Shown one piece after another: positions 10,902 through 20,603 of a DNA stretch of 39,090 nt. Position 1 is the first letter of the stretch, and every line of letters begins with the position of its first letter. The notes under the pieces are model-generated. The model did not search any database. It saw only the letters and a program-made list of their open reading frames with translations, and was not told where the DNA came from. The position numbers and the translations under genes are program-made. This stretch comes from Craspedostauros australis (Eukaryota): contig JALAGF010000611.1 of the NCBI GenBank assembly GCA_030167865.1, positions 1-39,090 of the forward strand. Direction: 5' to 3'.

Positions 10902-12002
10902 CTACAACTCTCCTTCGGCGGCGCTGGAAGCATCCTCCTCTGGCTTCTCATCATCCTCGTCGTCGTCGTCGTCATCATCATCATCATCATCGTCGTCGTC
11001 GTCATCACTGGCCTCTTTCATTTCCATGTTGGCGAATCCGCTCAGCGAATCCGGGACGTTAGTCTTGATGGTGCTCTCGATCTTGCATTCCTGCATGTAG
11101 CTCAGCTCCGGAAAATCATTGGGCAGGTACGTGTCGTATCCATCGTCCTCGTAGATCTTCTCAGGCACCGGACCTTCGCCGTATGGTGGAATATCTCCGT
11201 ACTTCCAGTACCACTCCGCCACGACGTCGTCCAGATCCTTCTCATCGACGTACCCGAATGGTCGGTAATTCATCTCGTCGAACAATTCCATCTGCTCCTT
11301 GGTGGTATCCGGCATGACGATGAAGACCTCCGTGGAACGCGTGTCCGGTGCCTTGTCGCCAAACGCCATGATCCCCCTCTGGAACGGCACGCGCGTCGCG
11401 ATCTCCTCGTCGACGATGGTCATGGTGCGGTACTTGTTGCGCATCTCGGCGTTGGGCGAGATACCGAAGCGGGCCCAGTAGTATCGATCGACGTAGTGCA
11501 GGGCGTTGTTGTCGTAGTATCCTATGTCGACGAGCTCCAGGAACCGCGCCGCACCGAACGGTGCCCATGTCGGTTCGACCGTGATGTGGATGTCACCCTC
11601 GGACGATCCGCACGTGACGAGGACCTTCTCGGGATGGATGAGGTGGATGATGGGGCTGCCGGCCTCGACGGTCACGGTGATCTTCTTCATGACCCAGCCG
11701 TCCTCGGCGTTGGCGAATTCGTCCTGATCATCGATCTCGTCCTGCGTGAGGGGCAGGTAGTAGACGAATTTGTGGCCGACGACGGAGTTGAACGAGGCCA
11801 GTTCGTACGGTTGCACGGTCTGGACCTCGTGTTCGCGCGGCTTGTCCTTGGAGCTGCGCGCGTCTTCGACCCAGTGCATCTTCACCGGCTTGGGGTAGAA
11901 GTTGGCGAAGGTGATGTGGGCAGTCTTCTCCTCCTCCTCCGCGGCGACAGAGAAGGTCAGCGCGTTGATCACGGCGAGCGCGAGAACGAGATATCGCATC
12001 AT
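10902..12002 (-). CDS. Secretory-pathway cyclophilin-like protein (366 aa) with N-terminal beta domain, poly-Asp tail and C-terminal EGEL
   Basis: The ATG at 12002 gives signal peptide MMRYLVLALAVINALTFSVAA. Cyclophilin-like segment GDIHITVEPTWAPFGAARFLELVDIGYYD...RGIMAFG...TRSTEVFI...PFGYV...YGDIPPYGEGP...YL..DFPELSY. Acidic run at 10951-11006. Ends in EGEL. Confidence 0.85.
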   Translation of the reverse strand: MMRYLVLALAVINALTFSVAAEEEEKTAHITFANFYPKPVKMHWVEDARSSKDKPREHEVQTVQPYELASFNSVVGHKFVYYLPLTQDEIDDQDEFANAEDGWVMKKITVTVEAGSPIIHLIHPEKVLVTCGSSEGDIHITVEPTWAPFGAARFLELVDIGYYDNNALHYVDRYYWARFGISPNAEMRNKYRTMTIVDEEIATRVPFQRGIMAFGDKAPDTRSTEVFIVMPDTTKEQMELFDEMNYRPFGYVDEKDLDDVVAEWYWKYGDIPPYGEGPVPEKIYEDDGYDTYLPNDFPELSYMQECKIESTIKTNVPDSLSGFANMEMKEASDDDDDDDDDDDDDDDDEDDEKPEEDASSAAEGEL

Positions 12003-13961
12003 GGTGGTGCCTCGATTCCGTCTTCCAGAGTAGAGAGAGAGAGAGAGTAGAGAGTATTCCTGGAGTATTGCTGCTTCTATTGATGCTGCCGATGTGTGCA
12101 ATGACAAGGACAACAATGATGATGTCGGATGATGTCGACAAGGGACGAGTGATGAGTAATGAGTGATGAGGGATGAGGAGAGTTGTGACAATGACACGCC
12201 TGTGAGTTGTGGTGGTGCGTTCGCTGCTGTCTTGTGAATGGCAACGGAAATGATCGGGTTGGTTTGATGAGTGGGGTCGCGATGGTGCTCGGTCTACTAT
12301 TCGGATGGCGCACCCTGATGCGGGCTCTGATGTGATGTTGGGTGCGGTCCAATGTGGCGTGACCGTTGAGAAGCCAGATTAATTGGAAAGAGTTCGTCAT
12401 TGCTCTCACTCAACGGACACGCGGCATTTTTTGCGCTGGGGTCGTCTGTGTTCTGATTCGTTGTGGTCCATGTAGTCGGTAACGCATGACCTCATCGATC
12501 ACAAGATCAAACGCGGCGAAACCCAAACGTCACGATGACGGTATGACCGTTAGGTTCAAACAACAATCGTTGTCGCGAAATGGCCCGCAAGCCTGGACAT
12601 CATGTGTGTGTTGAGGGAAACACCGATCAAATCGTCCACATCTTTCATCACTGCCAAAAAAAGGAAAATGCAGCTCTGGGCGTTCCACAGTTGGAGCGTT
12701 TCTGGAGATGTTCATGTGCATGTCCATTGAGATTCGAAATGGAGCTGTCGCAATCATTGTTCATGTTGCTCCCACGTATGGCGCAGTTCACAGACGGTTC
12801 CCTTGCATCGCAGATACTCCTCCAGTCAAAATTCTGTCTTGGGCATGCTGCGAGGCTGTCCAGAGCAGAGCAAGCACGATTGCTCCTCCTTGTGGAATTG
12901 CTCCGAAGCAGATACTGTTTTGGGGAGTGTTCTGCATCACCCTTCTGCCCCATTTCCAGAATGTGCTGTCGGGTCCCAGTCCGCAAATACAATCTTGAAC
13001 GACTTGCCATGATCAACATCCGTAATTCGTCGTGACTGCACCGTTCATCACAGACGTTGATGGATTTCGAAACGCGACCATCCATGCAAAGTGACACGAG
13101 TGACGGATGGGACTACTACTATTGCTGATGAGTGCTCGTGACAACATTCGCCACACAGCGATCACAGTTGCGGTGCGCCACCTCTTCACCAAGTTCCCTT
13201 CCTATTAACGCCTCCAACGACCAGCACACTGCCGAATTGCTCCTGAATTTGGTCCACGATTTACTGCCGTTTTTGGCTTTGTGGAACAGCATGTGGGGTG
13301 GCCGAATTTCTTGGTCGTGGCCAAAATTTGGAGATTGCCTGCAATTTTTGGGATGGGCCATAACGGTCGTGTAAGCAAGCGCGCTTAAAGAAGGTGTTCG
13401 CGATTTGAAATATCTGACATGGTACTTAGACCCAGTGTCTTGTGACTGCGACTCACAACATGCTCCCAACGTCGTTCGTTTTCGCGACTTGCTGGCACAA
13501 TTGTTCATCTCCCACCAACGCAACGACGATGGGAGATGCAGACAGAGAGGATGCCAAGGTGGGACCACCCACAAGAGAGGACATACTCGCAGAGTGCCCG
13601 CCACGCATGGAGCTCGATAACAAGACTTCTCCATAGTGACGGTCATCGAGAGTGGAGTAGCAACCGCAGCCGCGACAAGAACAACATCATCATTGAAACC
13701 CAATCTCCATCCAAAACAAGACCGAGCCGTTGCCCCCTTTTACATGTGGCGCCACCTGTCATAAACAGCAGATCATCGCAGAGCCGATCACCGCAGAACC
13801 GATCATCACCGATAGCAGAGCATAGCACCTCGCGATTGCAGGATTGGAACGGAGGGCTCATAAAAGCAACAACCAGGACAGTGAGCAGGACAGTGAGCAA
13901 GGCAGTAACATAGACAGCAGGACAGCAACCAACCAAGAAACGAAGCAGACGCAACGCAATC

Positions 13962-14871
13962 ATGATGTTCAAGCACTCCATCATGTTCCTCATGGCACTG
14001 CTCGTGCTCATGGCTGTGTCTTCAACAGGTGCGTGCAAAGTGCGAGATTGGATGATCATTGACGATGCAGCATTGGATGGTGTCACCATCATCAATCGAT
14101 GGCCGAGACAGAGCGCATGAGACGCCACTGCAGCTCCCGCTGTGGCTGTGGATGGGATCCCATTCGATTTCGCACGACCATGGCGGCTTCAAGAGGTTGG
14201 TTCCATCTACACATGTCCATGCTGATCCTCATTGGCTCACTCTCATCGTTCTATACGCACTCTCATCGTTCTATCCATCCATCTACACGCGCATGCATAC
14301 ACGCGCATACACACATACACACGCAATAACAACAGACGCCGTCCGCACACGAGAACGTCAGCTGAACGAAGAAAAGAAGGAGATGACAGAGGAGAAGAAA
14401 GAGAAGCTGACGAAGGAACCCAAGGCCGTCAAGGCCGTCAAGGCAGAAGGCAAGGGCATCAAGGGAACGGGGGTCGTCGTGGATCCACCGTCCAAGGGAA
14501 CCAAGTCACCCAGCCACACCAAGTCGCCCGGCCACACGAAGGCACCCAGCCACACGAAGGCGCCCAGCGACACGAAGGCACCCAAGGCCACCAAGGCACC
14601 AGATTGCAACGGCAAGGGCAAAGGTAAAGGCAAAGGCAAAGGCAAGGGACTCGGCAAGGGATCCAAGGCATTCAAGGGAGACGATGACTGCATAGCCAAG
14701 GGCGGAGACGGCGCTGTCGATGTCGATGAAGATGAACCGATCGTCGACGAAGATCCCGATGAGGATGAACCACCGGACGATCACACCGAGGATGTCGAAG
14801 ATTCCAAGGCGACATCACCCAAGAAGGCCAACGGCCGCCGTCGTCATACCCGAAGAACCAACTGGCAGTAA
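13962..14871 (+). CDS. Silaffin-like Lys-rich secreted protein, 200 aa, two exons (13962-14028, 14336-14871)
   Basis: Exon 1 encodes signal peptide MMFKHSIMFLMALLVLMAVSST and ends at G|GTGCGT. The intron ends at AACAG (14335). The phase-1 join restores DAVRTRERQL (RXL site), followed by KxxK motifs (KAVK, KGIK, KGTK, KAPK, KATK, KGSK, KAFK), HTKAPS repeats, (GK)n and an acidic block. Confidence 0.85.
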
Positions 14872-15664
14872 ACCTGCGCTGTCGTGGAATACAGCACAAC
14901 ACATTGCATTGATGCGCAGGCAATCCAAACTGGTCGCATGAATCTCGATGCCTACCTGCTACGATCCCACCTGTCTCGGTGATTCCCTTGTAGAGTACAT
15001 ATCATAGTTCCTCGTCCGTACGTGTGTTCATGTCTTCAGCAGGAAGAAGGAGAGCGCGATACCACAGTCATACACATACCATACACATAGTAACAACAGC
15101 AATAGCAAACACAATGACACAGATGACAACAGCGCAGCTCCGACGCGATGTGATCTCGGGGGATGAAATGGACGACACCAAAGACGCAAATGATCTCGTC
15201 GATGTGTCCGGTCCAAACCAAAGCCAGACTGTCGCATGTGAAGCGCAATGACATCACAAGAGATCAACAGCGTCGCAAGCATCTCTTCATGGAACAGAGC
15301 TCGGCGTCCTGTTGACGCATGTCTCCATCCATTACACTCATCCATTCTCTTCATGCAGGTTGCAGCGAACTGACATTCAACCATGAATTCCTCTCTAGCT
15401 TTACTATTCGTAGCACGTTATTCTAAGTCGTGCATAATCGCATGTGGAAGATTCGATCAATCGGCGGTTCGGATCCGAACGATCTTGTCGCAGAACAAGA
15501 ACCCGCACATCAGTTCCGAATCCACCAAACAGGGCAATGCGGGTTGCGACACCGACCTCTGCCAGCCACCACAGCCCATCCATTCATCCATCCATCCATC
15601 CATCCATGCGCATGGTGACCAAGAAGGAGGCAACAAGTCGAAGTCAACAATCAAGACATGCACC

Positions 15665-16513
15665 ATGCCAGCCAAGCAGCGATCATCTTCATCCGCTGAC
15701 TTCCTGGAAGTCGGCATGTCGACAGCTGTACCGCACGGAAATGAGACTGACGGCACTTCCAGTCTGTTGAAACGAGCTTGTGATGACGTCAATCGCGACG
15801 ATCATGGCAAGGATCATGCTTCCATCGCAACTGCTGCGATCACAATCATCCTTTCGTTGCCCGCATTGATTGGTATGTGATGCTGGCCATCTCTTGTCAT
15901 CCCGCTGCTGGGCGGCACGGTGACGAGAGCAGCTCGGCATTTGTCTCACACGTTGAATCTGGTCGTCACTGCCATGCTCATGACTTTCATGTCATGCTAC
16001 ATGGCCCACGAGGCACGTACCAAACGTCGATACCGGCACGCTTCGTCTGCATCGTGCTGGATAATCCACGGCCCGACGATCCTGATGATCCTTGCATCAG
16101 GTTTGATCCTGATGGACCCCTTGCGACACTACCTGCAAGATCAAGGCTACCTGCGGGCATCCATGTACATTCCCAACTGCCCCACGCGCAGCTACCAAAC
16201 CCCGCCGCGATCCTGCACTCAATCTTCCGAATGCGGGGCACACCATTGTGGCGGTGAGTTCTACGCGGATCGGCAAGGACAGGATTGCTTCACGTGTGGC
16301 ATGGCAGATGGCGCGGCGGTCGGACTGACTGCCGGACACGTCGGTAGATGCAGCAAGGGCGCCGAAGCGTTTGCCTGTCTGTCGCGCATCGGTTGGATGG
16401 TCACGATTGCATGCACGTATATTGGGTTCGTCTGCTTTGTTGTTGGAGTGGTGTGGAATACCAATCTGCACCTGAAGATTCGGAATCGTTGGAAGCTTCT
16501 TCGAGGCACATAA
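15665..16513 (+). CDS. Probable membrane selenoprotein (MSP-like), 282 aa, with in-frame TGA at 15878-15880 read as Sec72 (LPALIGM-U-CWP)
   Basis: ORFs 15383-15880 and 15920-16513 are in the same frame and separated only by one TGA. Read-through gives hydrophobic segment-U-C-W-P-hydrophobic segment, then HGPTILMILASGLILMDPLRHYLQD, a Cys-rich loop, and EAFACLSRIGWMVTIACTYIGF..VWNTNL. A SECIS-like hairpin lies about 75 nt after the stop. Confidence 0.8.
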
Positions 16514-16567
16514 CAGAGAGGGGATTCTTGCAGCACGCACGCTGACCAGGTGAGAAACGACAGGAAA

Positions 16568-16683
16568 TTGCCACGCCGAATCATGCGAATGACGAACTTT
16601 GCTTTCTCACAACGCACACTGCGATCAACATCGACAGGGCGCAGGGAGGGAGGGCCAAGTTCTGAGAGCAATAGTGTGGGCAA
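16568..16683 (+). promoter_or_regulatory. SECIS-like element in the 3' UTR
   Basis: Core A-TGAC (16589-16593) lies opposite TGAG (16663-16666). Helix II gaactttgctttctc (16594-16608) pairs with gggagggccaagttc (16648-16662) with one mismatch. Unpaired acaac follows, then apical mini-stem ctgcg/cgcag. Lower helix ttgcc-acgc pairs with gtgt-g-ggcaa. Confidence 0.7.
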
Positions 16684-17003
16684 CGGCAACGGCAACGGCG
16701 GAATCTGACAACGCAGTGCAGTGTTTGGGTTTTGGGTTTGGTATAGGACGACACAAGATGGCGAAGACTTTGGAAGCTCCTATCGTGGAGTACAAACACA
16801 CATCACAGTTTCACAGACGAAACGGCCCAAGTGATGAGCGTATGAATACAGAGCATGGTACTAGTAAGACTGAGATGGCATACTTCTGCTACCGTGAGAT
16901 GCTGTGTTTGGAGATACAACGAAAGCTCCACTCTCACTTCGCGCGGATGTTGGAACATGCGCTGCTGCGGTACTATTCGTGTTCGAGTGAGGCGAGTCCG
17001 TAA

Positions 17004-17267
17004 GCCTGCGTCGATGAGGCCAGCGATGGACAAGATTATTCTCCACTGCACCACTCATGCGAAACAGGTCATCTGAAGATCGTCAAACAATTGATGGAAG
17101 CGTATGGATCAAGCACTTCCATCCAAACTCGATCTGGTGATACGCCGCTACATGCCGCAGACCGCAAAAGGCGCACCGAGATCATCAAGCAGTTTGTGCA
17201 GTCCTGCAGTGATGAATACCATAGTTTCATTGCTCCACAAATGCGTGATATACGAGTACGTACATAG
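17004..17267 (+). pseudogene. Ankyrin-repeat-coding fragment (pseudogene or isolated exon), absent from the ORF track
   Basis: The frame between TAA 17001-17003 and TAG 17265-17267 reads ...DGQDYSPLHHSCETGHLKIVKQLMEAYGSSTSIQTRSGDTPLHAADRKRRTEIIKQFV. This is two consecutive ankyrin-consensus repeats (G-x-T/S-PLH..G.L.IV..L) with no upstream start codon. Confidence 0.6.
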
Positions 17268-17805
17268 ACGAGGCATGATGGGATACGAGCCACTCCTGTT
17301 CGAAGATCTGTTTGGAAGATTGTCAACTGGTATAACTTGCTAACTCGTCCGTATAGATAGGCTCTACACTCATTCCGAATTTTGTGCCTTTCAAAGTACT
17401 CGTGAATCAGCATTGAGACTTCGTGACTTGATTCGCATTTGATTCTTCGAAGTTCCGAAACGCAAAGAACAATGACATCCACCAATCTTTTTGGGAGGGC
17501 AGACCCACACGCGCAGGCGACACAAAGAGCCGATCCGAACAAGTGAGATGCGATCTCCTCTTGACCCATCATCTGCCATCCCTAGGTAATCAGAATCTTC
17601 ATCTCCATCTCCATTCTCCATTCCCAGCGTCCTGCTACAAACGCATGGCCTGACCCGGTCACCTTGACGCTCCACGCATGCAACTAGCATCTGTCATCTG
17701 TCATCATCGTGGCATCACTGAGCTCTACCATCCACAGTTGTCAAGCCAGCATTTTCAGTCAGATCCAGATCCGACTTGAACCTCCATCATTGATTCGGTC
17801 CGACG

Positions 17806-20603
17806 ATGTCGGCAGGCAACAGCACAAAGACAATGGCAAGCTTCGTGAGATCCATGGATCCGAAGGCTGCCACGGCGATTGCGATTGGAATATCGACCAT
17901 CGCGCTCTGTGCCAGCTTCCTCTTTGCGGGGAAGGAGGACGAGGACGACGAGGACGTCTACTTCAAGAACTACAAGTCTCCTGCCTTCCTGGATTCCTCC
18001 TCGGAGGAGTACCAACCCAAGATCGCCAAGTTGCTTCGCAAGGCTGTCATTGGTGCGGACGACGGTAACGATGACGCGCCTCTCGTCACGGATACTGACT
18101 CGCTCATCAAGATCATTCGGCAGTTGAAGTTTTGGATCCAGGAATCCAAGGATACCGCGATCATCAGCGAGGATGACTTGCTGACCATGACAAAGCGATT
18201 GATCCATGTGGGAACGTGGCGTCATCGGTACGGATTGCTACCATCCAGTACCAGCGGCAGTGCAGCAACCCAGCAGGTTCCGAAGGTCCGCTTCGGGCGT
18301 ACCGAACTGCAGATGCCCATCATCACGTGCGGCTCCATGAGGTTCCAACACACCTGGATGCCAGATGATCTGCCCATCGCCCCATCCAAAGAAAAGGTGA
18401 TCAACACGCCCTCCCAGGCCAACCTCGTCGCGGTGCTGCGTCAGTGCCTCAAGATGGGCATCAATCACTTCGAGACGGCCCGATTGTACGGATCTTCGGA
18501 GCAGCAGCTCTGCGAAGCCTTGTGTACGCTGATGGAAAGCGGTGAGATCAAGCGATCCGATTTCATCGTGCAAACTAAGATCCCGGTGGCGAGCATCTCG
18601 GGGGAAGAATTTGAAAAGGCCCTCAACAAGTCCTGGAACAACCTGGAACGGCTGGGTCACATCGACCTGCTGTCCCTTTGGGTGGTCAGCTCGCCATCGC
18701 AAGTGAAGTGGGCGCTCAACGACAAAGACGATGGAATCCTGGCGGTCACGCGCCGATGGAAGGACACCGGAAAGATCCGGCATCTTGGATTCTCGACCCA
18801 CGGGTACTGCGAATCTATTTTGGACATGATCAATTCGGGGCTCTTCGAATACATCAATCTACACCATCACTACTTTGGAGACTATCATGCCACAGGAACG
18901 ATGCAAGGGTGGGATACTCCCGGCAAGAAGCCAGATGCTGCCACACAGGACAAGACGAAGAGTGTCAATAGTGGCCACCAGAACGTCCTTCAACGTCAGG
19001 AGGGCACGTGGGCCTGCGTCCAGCGTGCCAAGGAACTAGACATGGGCATCCTCGGGATCTCGCCAATCGACAAGGGCGGTCGCCTCTACCAGCCTTCGTC
19101 GACCGTGGCACGCACGCTGGGTCCGACCATGTCTCCCATCGCATTCGCATGCCTATACGCATGGCAGCAGGCCGGTATCGACACGCTGACGGTTGGATTC
19201 GCCCGCCCAGCCGACCTCGACGAGCTCATGGAAGCGGTGGAGTTGCTCCGGAATGAGAAGGAATCCAAGAAGGCGTGGCTGAGCGCCCACGGGCGCTTTC
19301 AGGAGCTCGCAGAACGCAAGCTCGGCAAGGAGTGGAAGGAAAGGAGCCTGCTGCATCTACCAACCTGCTTCGAACCTTGTACCATGGGCGTCTCCATCGG
19401 GCATACGCTTTGGTGTTACAACTGTAAGTGAGCGAAAGTGGGAGCGGGAGCGGGCAGCGTCTGCTGAGTGGCGTAACTTTGCGGTATGATGTACAGCCGT
19501 TCTTACCACGCGGAAGCCAAATGACGAACAGGCTCCGGCATACCAGAATGGGAGTTATCTTCGAGCATCGAGCATCAGGCTTCGCCATGCGCTTTCCTGT
19601 ACCGTCGCAAGTTGAATTTGCATGTCGGGTTGAGATCTTGACTCAATACATCCACTCTGTCTTGCACTCTACTCGCACCGCGTTCTGTCTGTACACACTA
19701 TCGCAAAATCCGATACCACTATACTCGTGCGATGCTTCCTTTGGCATCACGTGCTGCTCAAATCGTGTCGATCAATGCACACACACACACACGTGCATGA
19801 TGCCGACATCAGTGCTCATGTCGTTTGGGATGTACAAGCAAGCCAAGGCGCTGTATTTCAACCTCGAGACCTCCAACACATGGAACTACAAAAAGTCTTG
19901 GGAAGAGAACGTCTCCAAAATGTACGTCCTCCACCGCTCAGCACTGCCAACCCAGCCGATGGTGCGGCAGATACTGCAATTTGATTGCGATGGCGGTGGC
20001 AATGGTGATGGTAATAGTGACAGCGATAGCTCCAGTCACGGTCATGGCCATTGCATTGAGAGCGGATCATCTTGACACAGTTCCGTTGCACTGCCACGAC
20101 TTAGCTCCGCGCTGGCACTTTGCTGTCACCGGTGTCATTTCGCCTCACCTTACCTGCACAGTGTTGTCCAGTTGGTTTGCTTCCACATCGCGACGCCACC
20201 ACATTCTAACAAGACCATCTCTCTTTGCTTTGCTTCGCCTATGGATCACAGGGCCAGGGGCAATCCAGGACGATCATACGATTCCAAGGTGGATCTCACG
20301 GATGCCCTGAAGCACCACATGGACCCCAATGGTGCCATGATCAAGATCAAGAATATACACGAACTGATCAACACCAAGTCCACCCACACTCAAGAGCAAC
20401 TGAAGGCGTTGGGGTGGGATGATGCGTACGACCTCCGGGCTTGGATCGAGTTTCCTGACACAGAACGCATGTCGAAGAAAAAACTGAAGTTCATCATCCA
20501 GGCCATTACGGGGATCGATCTCGGAATTGGCGGCGGGTCAGGAACGCGACCTCACGCATTCGCACAAGAAGTGAGAGAGCGGCTGGCTTCTATTCCCGTC
20601 TGA
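17806..20603 (+). CDS. Aldo/keto reductase family oxidoreductase (cyanobacterial/COG1453-like) with N-terminal hydrophobic anchor; three exons 17806-19423, 19813-19921, 20252-20603 (about 692 aa)
   Basis: Motifs RFGRTELQMP, GINHFETARLYGSSE, IVQTK, GHIDLL and GKIRHLGFSTHG. Donors GTAAGT (19424) and GTACGT (19922), acceptors CAG (19812, 20251). Phases join in frame: WCYNLLMSFGMY...SKMARGNPG. Confidence 0.88.

Noticed and set aside
12003-12197. 65-aa upstream extension of the cyclophilin-like ORF
   Set aside because: It starts at a non-ATG codon and consists of CT/CAT-rich leader sequence. The signal peptide begins at ATG 12002.
12530-13700. Overlapping ORFs of 70-190 aa on both strands
   Set aside because: No codon bias, recognisable domain or consistent splice structure. 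Treated as intergenic sequence between divergent genes.
14059-14335. N-terminal 92 aa of the ORF-track protein 14059-14871
   Set aside because: It lies within a GT-AG intron with CA-rich low complexity. The upstream signal-peptide exon gives a far more coherent protein.
19428-20075. 215-aa ORF inside the reductase locus
   Set aside because: Mostly intron sequence. Only 19813-19921 fits as a coding exon.
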